Below, piece after piece: positions 1 through 26,859 of a stretch of 64,000 nt of DNA (positions are counted from its first letter, which is position 1; each line of letters starts with the position of its first letter). The notes beneath the pieces are model-generated. The model did not search any database and had not been told where the DNA came from. It worked only from the letters and a program-made list of their open reading frames with translations. The stretch is from Macrostomum lignano (lineage: Eukaryota). A program made the translations under genes and the position numbers. Location: positions 123,823 through 187,822 of the forward strand of contig NIVC01002277.1 in NCBI GenBank assembly GCA_002269645.1. The letters run 5' to 3'.

Positions 1-756
1 GGCCACGCCGGCAGCTCTTTGAGAATCATTAGAGACCTTGAAGGCAGGATTCTAGAAGTTGCAGGCCTATATTTATCCTCTCAGCAGTGATGTACTTAGT
101 CGGGAAGGCTCTTTAGTCTGAACAGCAGTACAAGGAATGGGAGATCAATTCCCGTGACTGACACTTCTGCACGCATTCCTTTCTCAGCTTCCCAATGACA
201 AATTTGGCCTCAGGTGAGGCTTGCCCAACTCTGGGGATGGCGCTATGGAGATTTGAGTCTGGCCGAGCGGCGCTATCCGCAGATCGATGCGGCTAATGCG
301 CTACTAAAAATATCCAGAGCGCGTGAAATTGTCTGCCAGCCCGAATCTGCGAGAGACGTGCGCGCGCGTGACTGCGGCAGCCCCGCTACCCCCCGTCCTG
401 CCCAGCGCTTCTTCGTATTAATTACTGTAGAGGCCTTGTATCCATCATCTTGGCTGCTGCCACTGCGGACTTCAAAGGGCGGTTTCTAATCCACCGATGG
501 GACCCATTTAATATAGCGAGTACTCCGCAATCCCGCCCTCTCGGTTGCCGCCTCGGGGCCTCCGGTGCACTCAGTTCGTTCAAAGATTGCACCGCTGGGA
601 CAAAGCTGGGGTTGGGAATTGAATGTGGGCTTCACTGGCTGATTGAATTCAGTTCTGGCCTCAGTGCATCCGGGTGAGCTGCTAGAATGGCAATTAGTGA
701 ACTCTGAATTTACGTAAGGCTTTTCTACCCTCTGAAATCCGTGCTGCTCACATCCC

Positions 757-1340
757 TGTGACATCAGCAACCGGTAACACTGACATGACATCAGCAATCG
801 GTAACACTGACATGACATCAGCAACCGGTAACACTGACATGACATCAGCAACCTGTAACACTGACATGACATCAGCAACCTGTAACACTGACATGACATC
901 AGCAACCGGTAACACTGACATGACATCAGCAACCTGTAACACTGACATGACATCAGCAACCGGTAACACTGACATGACATCAGCAACCGGTAACACTGAC
1001 ATGACATCAGCAACCGGTAACACTGACATGACATCAGCAACCTGTAACACTGACATGACGTCAGCAACCGGTAACACAGAATTCCTTGTGACATCAGCAA
1101 CCGGTAACACTGACATGACGTCAGCAACCGGTAACACTGACATGACGTCAGCAATCGGTAACACTGACATGACATCAGCAACCGGTAACACTGACATGAC
1201 GTCAGCAACCGGTAACACAGAATTCCTTGTGACATCAGCAACCGGTAACACTGACATGACGTCAGCAACCGGTAACACTGAATTCCCTGTGACATCAGCA
1301 ACCGGTAACACTGAATTCCCTATGACGTCAGCAACCCGTA
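757..1340. repeat. 27-bp minisatellite (TGACATGACATCAGCAACCGGTAACAC) with a 33-bp variant unit
   Basis: Direct tandem periodicity; the ORF track gives 9-aa periodic peptides (MTSATGNTD). Confidence 0.95.
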
Positions 1341-2670
1341 ATGCGAACATCCGTATGACAGGAAATGATGGAGCTGACTGATAACCTCAGTGATAGAAAA
1401 GTGCCTTTTGCTCCCGACAGCCTCTGCGGCATCAAAAACCCGCTACGCTGAGGACACTCACCAGGTCCAAGGAACCGGTCCTAACCGGATTGAGTCGCTT
1501 CTGTATCCGGCCGGCCGAACAGGCAGCCCCGGCAGTCTCCATGCAGCGATCGGACAAGTGGAAGGCTGTGCACGTGTGGGCGGCGGCAAAGCAGGCAGAC
1601 GGGGAATTCAATGCCTGACTTTCCTTCTAAAACGGCCTTATTTTAAGCTCGTTTTTCTCGTTAGGAAAAAAACTCGCATTTGCCGCCTTTTTATTATCTC
1701 CATTCCCTCTCTCTCTCTCTCTCCCACTTTTCGCCGAATCCAGTTGAGAGGCGGAGGGCGACGAGAGAGCGGTGCAGATGGCGTTGGCGGATGCCGCCAC
1801 AACCCCCCCCCCTCTACCCCACCTATGGCGGGAAGGGGAAGAAGGGCCGATGGCAACCCTCCCGCGCTGCAGCTGAGGTCGGGAAGGGCGGGAATGGACT
1901 TGAGGAGGGGATCTACTGCATTGAGGAGGCTAGGAATGAGGGGGGGACTGCGCTCCCTACCCCTAGCACCGCGCGCAAAGCACTTTTGGTATGCCCCGTC
2001 TCCCCCCCCCCTAACAGGCTGTCAGTTTGTTCTTTTTCCTCTTCTGCTTCGACGTTTCGTTTTTCTCTGTGTGTTTGTCCACCAGTGCACTGTGGACCGC
2101 ATTATAAAATACAGAACTGCTGGACTCTTCAAGAAAAATATTATTGCCATTTTCCGTACCAGTTGCGTAGTAAACTTTACTTTCGATACATATCGGCGCG
2201 CCTATTTTGTTAAATCTTAGAATTAAAATTTTCAAAACAATTCCCTTCCAATTAGGAACCCACCAATTTTTGCTGTACTCCATTCTCTATTCGCTCTCTC
2301 TCCCCTATTTCTCTATATTTATTTTGTATCTGTCCAATTCCGCCGCGATAAATAATGCACTTTTATAGCCCGGCTGTAGAGTGTAGAGCTTAGCATAAAT
2401 CTGCGGAACTGGGGGGGGGGCTTCTTGTTTCAGATCCAAATGCACTGAGTGGGCAGGGAGAGGGCAAGACTGAGTGGAACTCCGGTGTGCTGGGCGGGAT
2501 GAACTGATCAAAGCAAAGGCTTGGGATTTGGGAATAAGCACAGGAGAAGTTGGTCTAAGTCCCACCGGAAAAGAAGTAAGCCAAGAAATTGAGAATAAGA
2601 AATCTTATGCTCCAGTTTTGGGAAAAAAAGTTGAATTCTTGTACCGAAACGGCTTTGCGAGTGCAGAATA

Positions 2671-3620
2671 GCATTAACCCAACATCGATCCTTGTAGATT
2701 TCTCATCATTGCAGCATCACATGCATTAACCCAACATCGATCCTTGTAGATTTCTCATCATTGCAGCATCACATGCATTAACCCAACATCGATCCTCGTA
2801 GATTTCTCATCATTGCAGCATCACATGCATTAACCCAACATCGATCCTTGTAGATTTCTCATCATTGCAGCATCACATGCATTAACCCAACATCGATCCT
2901 TGTAGATTTCTCATCATTGCAGCATCACATGCATTAACCCAACATCGATCCTTGTAGATTTCTCATCATTGCAGCATCACATGCATTAACCCAACATCGA
3001 TCCTTGTAAATTTCTCATCATTGCAGCATCACATGCATTAATCCAACATCGATCCTTGTAGATTTCTCATCATTGCAGCATCACATGCATTAACCCAACA
3101 TCGATCTTTGTAGATTTCTCATCATTGCAGCATCACATGCATTAACCCAACATCGATCCTTGTAGATTTCTCATCATTGCAGCATCACATGCATTAACCC
3201 AACATCGATCCTTGTAGATTTCTCATCATTGCAGCATCACATGCATTAACCCAACATCGATCCTTGTAAATTTCTCATCATTGCAGCATCACATGCATTA
3301 ATCCAACATCGATCCTTGTAGATTTCTCATCATTGCAGCATCACATGCATTAACCCAACATCGATCTTTGTAGATTTCTCATCATTGCAGCATCACATGC
3401 ATTAACCCAACATCGATCCTTGTAGATTTCTCATCATTGCAGCATCACATGCATTAACCCAACATCGATCCTTGTAGATTTCTCATCATTGCAGCATCAC
3501 ATGCATTAACCCAACATCGATCTTTGTAGATTTCTCATCATTGCAGCATCACATGCATTAACCCAGCATCCTTGTAGATTTCTCATCATTGCAGCATCAC
3601 AAACTATAACCCAGCATCCT
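2671..3620. repeat. 52-bp tandem repeat, about 18 near-identical copies
   Basis: GCATTAACCCAACATCGATCCTTGTAGATTTCTCATCATTGCAGCATCACAT recurs at 2671, 2723 and onward. Confidence 0.95.
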
Positions 3621-4939
3621 TGTTCATCCTTGCGAGCTCTTACCTACAAGGACCACCAGGAACACTAGTAGTTCTTGGCTTTTACATCATCGTGAGTTCT
3701 TTCACCCTCGTGAAGTTTTAAATCCTCGCGACTTCTACATCTTAAACACACGCGGAAACGTGTACCCCTGGTCGGCTTACAAGGTAGGCAACTTGGGGGG
3801 GGGAGTATGCAGCCTCCAGAGGCAAATAGAGGGTTGCCGAACTCCCGCCGCAAGCCTTGACCTTGAACTTGAATAGGGTGCGAAGCGTGAAGCATCGCAG
3901 ACCATAGCCATTAGTCCAAGTCTATTACATACTTCACAGGCATACTGAAACGTCATTGCGGGCCATACTCGCTACTTCTACATGCTCTTTACATTCACAA
4001 ACCCTGTGACTTATACATCCGCGTGAGTCCTGTCCTTGTGAATTCTGCGTCATTATAACATCTACATCCTCTACTTCTTTACTCTGTTATACGGTTTTGC
4101 TCTTGACTCATGAATGACTCGTACACTCTCTTGACTTCCTCATCCCTGTGCTGTCCTAGAGTATTTACATTAAGTGAAAAAATGCCGAAAGGCAATAGTG
4201 CAAATCGCGAGTGAGTCATGAGACTCAAAGACGCTCTAAGACGCCCGATAGTATTTGAGTGCAGCTCACGGAGGGCTCACAGCACGGTCTCAAAAAAGCC
4301 AGGCTTCAGCATCCTTATGGGGGGATATTGTGTACCCAACTCTCGTAGATAAGATTAATGCCTATCCATATACGAATAGGGATCCCTCAATATCAAAGTG
4401 CCCAATGTACTAATTGGAAAAATCGATTTTTTTCGCACAACTCCTTCGAAGCGTTAAAACTGCGTGTCCGGGTTTTGCTCGGATCTGCTCCCATTAGACT
4501 CATTATTGCTCCGGCCAGTTCAGCTAATCAGCTTAAACTAGCTGCCTAATGCACTGATCAGTTTCCTAGCTCTATTATTGTAGGCTACTCTTTGCAGGCT
4601 AGCTCGTAAAAGCCCGCCCATTAGCATAACTGCTCTTTGATTTAGCTAGCGATCTGCTTCAGCGACTCGGCCTGCCGGAGACTGCATGACTGGATAATGC
4701 CAAGCAGTGAATGCAGGCAAATATGAGCAGTGTTCGGGGGCCTGTTCGGGGCCTCAATTGAGTTCGTGCGCATGCTAAATAGCTATTATCGTTCAATCTA
4801 TCAATAGTTGTTGACTGCATCCTGATATGCACTCTAGTGTCACCTCACACAGCATTGCACTGGCCTCTGACTTACTGTTCCAATTTACAGCTCTGTCTCC
4901 AGCTATAAGCTGTTAGCTGAAGACCACTCTCTCTTGTGT

Positions 4940-5895
4940 CTCTGTCTTCCTCTCATGCACTCTCCCTCTCGTGCACTCTCCCTCTCATGCACTCTCCCTC
5001 TCATGCACTCTCCCTCTCATGCACTCTCCCTCTCGTGCACTCTCCCTCTCATGCACTCTCCCTCTCATGCACTCTCCCTCTCATGCACTCTCCCTCTCGT
5101 GCACTCTCCCTCTCATGCACTCTCCCTCTCATGCACTCTCCCTCTCATGCACTCTCCCTCTCATGCGCTCTCTCTCTCATGCACTCTCCCTCTCATGCGC
5201 TCTCCCTCTCATGCACTCTCCCTCTCATGCACTCTCCCTCTCATGCACTCTCCCTCTCATGCACTCTCCCTCTCGTGCACTCTCCCTCTCATGCACTCTC
5301 CCTCTCATGCACTCTCCCTCTCATGCACTCTCCCTCTCATGCGCTCTCTCTCTCATGCACTCTCCCTCTCATGCGCTCTCCCTCTCATGCACTCTCCCTC
5401 TCATGTGCTCTCCCTCTCATGCACTCTCCCTCTCATGCGCTCTCCCTCTCATGCACTCTCCCTCTCATGCGCTCTCCCTCTCATGCACTCTCCCTCTCAT
5501 GTGCTCTCCCTCTCATGCACTCTCCCTCTGTGTGTCTGTCTCCCTCTCATGTACTCTCCCCTTGTGTCTCTGTCTCCCTCTCATGCACTCTCCCTCCTGT
5601 GTCTCTCTGTCTCCCTCTCATGCACTCTCCCTCCTGTGTGTCTCTGTCTCCCTCTCATGCACTCTCCCTCCTGTGTCTCTGTCTCCCTCTCATGCACTCT
5701 CCCTCCTGTGTGTCTCTGTCTCCCTCCCATGCACTCTCCCTCCTGTGTGTCTCTGTCTCCCTCCCATGCACTCTCCCTCCTGTGTGTCTCTGTCTCCCTC
5801 CCATGCACTCTCCCTCCTGTGTGTCTCTGTCTCCCTCCCATGCACTCTCCCTCCTGTGTGTCTCTGTCTCCCTCCCATGCACTCTCCCTCTCCGT
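4940..5895. repeat. 17-bp minisatellite (CTCTCCCTCTCATGCAC) grading into a longer ~36-38-bp derivative
   Basis: Direct tandem periodicity, pyrimidine-rich on the + strand. Confidence 0.95.
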
Positions 5896-6589
5896 CTCTG
5901 CCAATCAGAGAAGCAATACCAAAGTCTAATTTTTGTTCAAGTAATTTTTTACTCTACATATCGGAAAAACTATGCTTAGTTATGAGTTACAAGGGCTGGG
6001 GGACAGAGACCGTCTACCAAGGCTCGGAGATTCGTCAAGTTGGTGCCAAATTGATGCGAAAATTTCTTTTTGCAATAACTGGCAGTTCCCTCTATATATC
6101 TCAGGCTCACTATGTGACCAGCAGGCAAAACCTCATGAGCTTTGTCTTGTCCATCTCTGCCATCAATTTCTGTTAGTCCGGCTATCCGATGAAATCTGAC
6201 AACACTGACTTGGGCCGGCTTCCTATCAGACCTCAGCATAGCTGCGAAATTCGTTTCGGCAGCCTAGAATTCCTCAGCCAGTTACGCAATCCATTTTCGA
6301 TTTGGATTAACCAAATACTGACAAGAATAATCTGCATGCGATGTTCGAAAAGCATCGTTTCATGGACAACTGAAGTCGAAGGGCGCTGCTCTCGGTTTTC
6401 TTCGAAATCAGCTGGAGGCCGGTAAGGAACGTCATATTTGTCCCACCGCCAGTGCATATACCATGCTCTAGAGAACGCATAAGCGCTAAATGAAGTTTCG
6501 CCATCGATAAATTTGGTCGAAAAATCTGCAGTAGAAATTTTCGATTTCTCACGATGCAATCGGTTTCTACGACTGGACTGGAATGCTTC

Positions 6590-8610
6590 TGCTCTGTCCT
6601 CTCCTGCTCTGTCCTCTCCTGCTCTGTCCCATCCTGTCCTGTCCTGTCCTGTCCTGTCCTGTCCTGTCCTTTCCTGTCCTTTCCTGTCCTGTCCTGTCTT
6701 GTCTTGTCCTGTCCTACCCTGTCCTTTCCTTTTCTGTCCTTCCTGTCCTGTCCTGTCCTGTCCTGTCCTGTCCTGTCCTGTCCTTCCTGTCCTGTCCTGT
6801 CTTGTCTTGTCCTGTCCTACCCTGTCCTTTCCTTTTCTGTCCTTCATATCCTGTCCTATCCTGTCCTGTTCTGTCCTATCCTGTCCTGTTCTGTCCTATC
6901 CTGTCCTGTTCTGTCCTATCCTGTCCTGTTCTGTCCTATCCTGTCCTCCCTGTCCTGTTCTGTCCTGTCCTGTCCTATCCTGTCCTGTCCTTTCTTGTCC
7001 TGTCCTATCCTCCCTGTCCTGTTCTGTCCTGTCCTGTCCTGTCCTGTCCTGTCCTTCCTGTCCTGTCCTATCCTTTCCTGTCCTGTCTTATCCTCCCTGT
7101 CCTGTTCTGTCCTGTCCTGTCCTGTCCTGTCCTGTCCTGTCCTGTCCTGTCCTGTCCTGTCCTGTCCTGTCCTGTTCTGTCCTGTCCTGTCCTGTCCTTT
7201 CCTGTCCTGTCCTGTCTTGTCTTGTCCTGTCCTACCCTGTCCTTTCCTTTTCTGTCCTTCATATCCTGTCCTATCCTGTCCTGTTCTGTCCTATCCTGTC
7301 CTGTTCTGTCCTATCCTGTCCTGTTCTGTCCTATCCTGTCCTGTTCTGTCCTATCCTGTCCTGTTCTGTCCTATCCTGTCCTGTTCTGTCCTATCCTGTC
7401 CTGTTCTGTCCTATCCTGTCCTGTTCTGTCCTATCCTGTCCTGTTCTGTCCTATCCTGTCCTGTTCTGTCCTATCCTGTCCTGTTCTGTCCTATCCTGTC
7501 CTGTTCTGTCCTATCCTGTCCTGTTCTGTCCTATCCTGTCCTGTTCTGTCCTATCCTGTCCTGTTCTGTCCTATCCTGTCCTGTTCTGTCCTATCCTGTC
7601 CTGTTCTGTCCTATCCTGTCCTGTTCTGTCCTATCCTGTCCTCCCTGTCCTGTTCTGTCCTGTCCTGTCCTATCCTCTCCTGTCCTTTCTTGTCCTGTCC
7701 TATCCTCCCTGTCCTGTTCTGTCCTGTCCTGTCCTGTCCTGTCCTGTCCTTCCTGTCCTGTCCTATCCTTTCCTGTCCTGTCTTATCCTCCCTGTCCTGT
7801 TCTGTCCTGTCCTGTCCTGTCCTGTCCTGTCCTGTCCTGTCCTGTCCTGTCCTGTCCTGTTCTGTCCTGTCCTGTCCTGTCCTGTCCTGTCCTGTCCTGT
7901 CCTATCCTGTCCTGTCCTGTCCTGTCCTGTCCTGTCCTGTCCTGTCCTGTCCTGTCCTGTCCTGTCTTGTCCTGTCCTGTTCTGTCCTGTCCTGTCCTGT
8001 CCTGTCCTTTCCTGTCCTGTCCTGTCCTGTCCTTTCCTGTCCTGTCCTGTCCTGTCCTGTTCTGTCCTGTCCTGTCCTGTCCTATCCTGTCCTGTCCTAT
8101 CCTGTCCTGTCCTTTCCTGTCCTGTCCTGTCCTGTCCTGTCCTGTCCTTTCCTGTCCTTTCCTGTCCTGTCTTGTCCTGTCCTTTCCTGTCCTGTCCTGT
8201 CCTGTCCTGTCCTGTCCTTTCCTGTCCTTTCCTGTCCTGTCCTTTCCTGTCCTGTCCTGTCCTGTCCTGTCCTGTCCTTTCCTTTCCTGTCCTGTCCTGT
8301 CCTGTCCTGTCCTATCCTTCCTGTCCTGTCCTGTTCTGTCCTGTCCTGTCCTGTCCTATCCTGTCCTGTCCTATCCTGTCCTGTCCTTTCCTGTCCTGTC
8401 CTGTCCTGTCCTGTCCTGTCCTTTCCTGTCCTTTCCTGTCCTGTCTTGTCCTGTCCTTTCCTGTCCTGTCCTGTCCTGTCCTGTCCTGTCCTTTCCTGTC
8501 CTTTCCTGTCCTGTCCTTTCCTGTCCTGTCCTGTCCTGTCCTGTCCTGTCCTTTCCTTTCCTGTCCTGTCCTGTCCTGTCCTGTCCTATCCTTCCTGTCC
8601 TGTCCTGTCC
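6590..8610. repeat. (CCTGT)n pentanucleotide satellite with an internal 20-bp sub-array and block duplications
   Basis: Continuous CCTGT units; a homogeneous CTATCCTGTCCTGTTCTGTC run at ~7270-7630. Confidence 0.97.
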
Positions 8611-9110
8611 GGTTCTCTCCAACTCTGCACATGCGCATACTTGAAGTAGACTGTACAGGCGCGGCAAAATAAGGAACAAAAAAGATAGAATTCATGCAGC
8701 CGTAATGAATTAGTATGGATAGCTGGCAGTACTAGTAGTATGGATGGTTGTTATATAAATGTGGGTCTGAAATTGTTACCATTCGGCACCCAGGTGACTT
8801 CAAAGAAGTCAGGCGTCAGCCTTACAAGAGGCAAAAAAGTACTATTAAGTAGCAGTATTAATGTATAAAAAGAATATTTTTGTTTGCGAAATTTCCAACT
8901 AAATGAAATAAGTAGCAATGAGTGAGTATTAGAAGTACTTATAAGATTTCTGCTAAAAATGATTTGCAAGTGTTTACAGTAGGACAAATTAAATTGAATT
9001 TTAATTTAATGAAAGATTCTTTGAGTTCCTAAATAGCAGGTAAATAAATAGACTCAATCGTTCCCAACTTAGTTCTGAAGCATGGATTAGTTTTTTCTTA
9101 GAATTTTTAA

Positions 9111-9506
9111 GCTGCTCATAATCATAGATCATTTCCAGCTGCTCATAATCATATGCTCATTTCCAGCTGCTCATAATCATATTCTCATTTCCAGCTGCTC
9201 ATAATCATATTCTCATTTCCAGCTGCTCATAATCATAGTCTCATTTCCAGCTGCTCATAATCATAGTCTCATTTCCAGTTGCTCATAATCATAGTCTCAT
9301 TTCCAGTTGCTCATAATCATAGTCTCATTTCCAGTTGCTCATAATCATAGTCTCATTTCCAGTTGCTCATAATCATGCGCTCATTTCCAGTTGCTCATAA
9401 TCATGCGCTCATTTCCAGTTGCTCATAATCATAGTCTCATTTCCAGCTTCTCATAATCATAGTCTCATTTCCAGTTGCTCATAATCATAGTCTCATTTCC
9501 AGCTGC

Positions 9507-9510
<4 letters not shown>
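9111..9510. repeat. 28-bp minisatellite (GCTCATAATCATAGTCTCATTTCCAGTT)
   Basis: About 14 tandem copies ending at the stop codon of the large minus-strand exon. Confidence 0.95.
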
Positions 9511-22494
<12,984 letters not shown>

Positions 22495-22729
22495 GCTGCG
22501 ACCCACTTGGCTTCCGCAGTCGTATGCCAGCAGCAGGAATTGGTGGAAATTATTACCAGCAAGGATTCGGTCCGGCTGCCGAGGAAACGCGCCAAGTCTT
22601 GAGGGTGCAACGCGCGTTCTCAGGCGCAGATTTTATTTGAATAGCCGATTGTGTCTCGCGGTCGGAAGCGCAAGAAACAGACGCAAAGTTTTCGTTCATA
22701 TTTGAGTCGAAATTCAGTAGACGAACAAC

Positions 22730-22731
<2 letters not shown>

Positions 22732-22805
<74 letters not shown>
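22732..22805. repeat. (GA)n dinucleotide microsatellite
   Basis: Direct. Confidence 0.97.
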
Positions 22806-22806
<1 letters not shown>

Positions 22807-23331
22807 TCCCATTGGCAAGGCTTTTAGCCGAACAAAATAGAGAAAATTTATTGTGCATTGAAGGCTGCATGAACCTCGCTGCCAAAACTGTGTAGGCTTT
22901 ATATTTTACAACAATAAAGTTTGCTGACGAAGAGCAGAGCACACACGGTAAGTAGTTTAGTATTGCCATTCTCTTCCGAAATGCAGCAACACAGCACTGC
23001 ATGGAGTAATATTGAAGAGTTGCACAGAATGAGCCATTAGGCTTTAGTGCTGGGTACAGAGCTGCACGCCACTCAAACCAACCTCAGATGGGGCTTATGG
23101 TCATGAAAGTGTTGGATTTTAACTGCGGCATTGTGGGAATGCAGAGCTGCAGTGTTTCGGCAGGAGCCTGAGGGCGTTGCATTCCGAATGACTAAACTAT
23201 GTGGTATAAATAAAACTTCGTATGAATTGTTTTTAGCAGTAACCGAAATTCTTTTGACGTGGTCTTTCGAAGACCACGCCAATGCGGATCATGCCAATCA
23301 GGTGTAAATCATGTTGATTAAATCAGCTCGG

Positions 23332-23506
23332 CGTCCTTGATACTTATTTAATTTTTATGATCCTCTAAAGAAGCTCGTTAGGTGGAATAAAAATAAAAAT
23401 GGTGGAATAAAAAATTAATAAAATTAAAAGCATTATCTGTTCACCATTTTTGTCGAAACGAGCTTCTTTTAGAGGGTCATAGAAATTGAATACGTATCAA
23501 AGGACG
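23332..23506. mobile_element. Small MITE-like element with ~49-bp imperfect terminal inverted repeats
   Basis: CGTCCTTGATACTTATTTAATTTTTATGATCCTCTAAAGAAGCTCGTT pairs with the reverse complement of AACGAGCTTCTTTTAGAGGGTCATAGAAATTGAATACGTATCAAAGGACG; no clear TSD. Confidence 0.6.
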
Positions 23507-26500
23507 TTCCTGCAACCAAAAAAGTTACGTATCGGAGACGCCCCACTTTCTATTGGATACGTAATTTTGCTATGCGGGGTACGGATTCGTCCAGTGGCAA
23601 AAAACTTTTCTTGAGGCTTTATAATGCTGTTTAGACAATTGCGACAAAACGCCGAATTAAAAAATATTGATTCCACGTTCAAATTTCTAGAAATATGGGG
23701 CTAAGATGCGTGCATTAGACTGAAGTAAATGTGCGTTGTCTCCGACTTTTGAACTAATGCTTCCTATGATAAGCAAAGTACAATATAGACATATATACGA
23801 GTATGTAAGTCTAAGTAAGTCTAATTTAAGTCTAAGCATTAGCTACAGCTAGACAGTAGAGACAGGATATACTGGCCAAACAGGCTTATTGCCTGAGCCA
23901 AACTTATACTACTAAAAAAGTAGCATATCAACCAAAAGTATGCAAAGTCTAGAAATCTGAAAACTCTGTTTTCTGAAAGTCGTAAAAATTGCCATCTTTT
24001 TTTAAAAACGTAATATTTTAATGAACACTATATTATAATCTCTCTGTTTGGTAACTGCAGCGAGTATTTGTTTATTTAAACGGATTGTTTTTAGTTTTTT
24101 AAATTAATAGAATCGAATCCTCATCCATACTCAAATTCATATTCATATTATAATTCCCTTATTTAAATACTTTAAGTTTCAAAGTTTGTCGTTTCGTTGT
24201 TAGTTGGCACTTTTCGTTCAAAAATACCGTAAAAAATTCTGGCGCGCTTTTAAATACTTTATCTTTTACAATAACGTCGAAATCGGGTCTTTTCATATTA
24301 TCAATTCCAAAACCAGAATCGGTTCGGAATTCCAAGAAAAACAGCAGTATAACTATTAAACTCTGTTAATATTTGACTGCCTTAACAGCCTCACTTTTCA
24401 CGATTTTTCACATTCTTGGCGATTGTCATTCAATAATAAAAACTTTATAGCACGTATCTCCCTCTAGTTATGGAGACAAAAAGTTATACTTCACAAATTG
24501 GTTCTGGTTCTGGAACCAGAACAAGCAATATTAAAAGGCCCAAAGACGACTTAAGTAGAAGGACGGGAAGCCTCGTTTCTTAGAAAAGTTTTGAAGGCGC
24601 TTTTTCCCAAAAAAATACACTACGGAGATAGGAAGTTTTCATTTTTTCAGCACAAAAATTGTTATTGCGTTTGATAGGAGGCAGATCCAGTGTTCATCTT
24701 TTGATATGTTGTGCCTTTTTTATTGCTCTATCGATATTTATAAAGCTTTTCGTTCAGAAAGCTGTATATATAAAAGATTGATAGCCAAGTTGCACTAAGG
24801 TATTGGTATTAGCAATTATAATTTTAAAATAGATTTGCTTTGTCATATATTTAAGCATTTAATACAACAAGTAGAAAAGCTTAAAAAAGTCAATAGAAAG
24901 CCAATAGTAGAATAATACTCATATAGCTATATAATTTCATTTTTTTAAATTAGCTTTCAGTTGGCCTTTATTAAATTAGCTCCTTCTTTAGAGACCCGTC
25001 ATACTAGTACACAAAAACAATAACCTTACTTGTATATCAAATATATTTAAGCCCCATTTGTTAGGTGAAAATTGTCTAGGAAATTATGGTTAAAGCCAAT
25101 AATAATGTATAAATGATAATCTACCTTGAGGAATGCATTTTAGTAGGCCTAGCTTATCCAATTCCATGCCAAGTATTGTAGTGTGCCTTTTAAAAGCTGT
25201 AGGGCAATGAAGCCATTTTGCTATCTAAAAGAAAAAATCAAATGATTTCCTTATTATTATAATTTAAATCATAATAAAGTAAATAATATAAAATAAAATT
25301 AATATCTTTTTTGTGATCTGCACTTGCACTTATGCATGCTTAGCCTTCAACTGTTGCTTGGGTTATATTTATACTAGAAAATTTGCCATAAAGAAAAAAG
25401 TAATGGAAACAGATGCAACAAATGCAAAGCCAGATACAAGCAAAACTACAATACACTAGGTATCAATATTACTAAGAGCATCATACAAAGCTTGTATATC
25501 AGGCACCAAAGTTTCATTTTATAAGTTTCCTTGCAACAACCAGAGCTAACTCCAAGAATGGCTATGGTGCATGTTAGTGAAGCCTACATTCCAACTTCCA
25601 AGTCGCAATTCTGTTCAAAACACTTTACTAATGCCAATTTTGTCTTCACAGTGTAATACACTAATACAACCACCAGTAATTAAATTCTAAAAAGTTTTTG
25701 CCATTGCAGCAAAATGACTAAAAGCTCAGCAAGACAAGATAGATTGTTACTCTATAGCTATGAAGATAATCTGCAAACATGAAAATACTTTATAGACATG
25801 AAGATATTCTATAAACATGAAGATATTCTTCAGGTATATAAAGATACTCTACATACAGCCATGAAGCTACTCTACTATCATGAAGATACTCTATTGACAT
25901 AAAAATCTTTATAGACATAAAGATACTTTACAGACATAAAGCTACTTTATACGATACCCTACTGACCCTTAGGCTACTTTATTAGCAATGAAATTAGCGG
26001 TTACACAGTAGCCATAGTATTTTACAAGTTCAATCTTCTGACTTGAAGCAATTTTTATCTATTGGCCCATTCCATATAAGATGGACATATTTGGAAAATA
26101 GAAAAAAAGTCAATATTTTTGCTTGTCATTGCCTTATCAGCCAATTTTTTTACCAAGTCTTTTTTGCATGTAATTCTAAGAATAAATAAATGATAAAATG
26201 TTGGATTAGTATGTTATCAATCAGCAAAAAGTTATTTTTGTAAAAAAATTAGACATTTTCTAAGCAAAAGACATCATTAAGTTTATGTACCTTTTAAAAA
26301 CAAATAGAAAGCTTTAGAAGGTTAAAACAAACTATATAAAATTATAGTATTTGCATCATCAGATAAAAACATTAGCAACCATATAATCTATTATATTTTT
26401 TATATATTAGTACTTCAAAGTTATTGAATTGACAGAAAAAAATGTGGCTATACGACCATAAGGCTGCCTTTTCTTTTGTATCTTTGTTGCCTTTTTGAGT

Positions 26501-26859
26501 TAATATATTTTAATAAAAGAGTATGACTTCTAAAGATGTTCTTAGTCAAATTTAAAAAAAATTATTGCAAAATATCAAAAATGAAAAATGTTATAAGACT
26601 TTTACCTTTTAGTTTCTATGTCAAAAATCCTGTTGTTACGATCATAAGTGCCATTCAAGGTTTAATAGCATCTATACTAATAATGGTATCCATATGAAAC
26701 TTTATAAACATATTCTTGACAAAATAATCTTTCATTCAAAATATTGGTTTAGTATATTCTATTATTAGATTTCATTTTATAAGTAAAAATAGTCTGTCAT
26801 GTTACGACCATAATTATATGGAATGGCCCTATTAGAAACTGATTTTGCTTTATATTTCC

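Noticed and set aside
1-750. Short ORFs at the window start as a retroelement fragment
   Set aside because: No reverse transcriptase, endonuclease or gag motif could be recognised in the frames examined.
5976-6590. Two adjacent minus-strand frames (DFSTKFIDG...WYMHWRWDKY and RFHRIAG...) as further exons of the plakin-like gene
   Set aside because: Codon usage is unlike the GC3-rich exons, splice phases do not match and no motif is recognisable; cannot be supported without RNA data.
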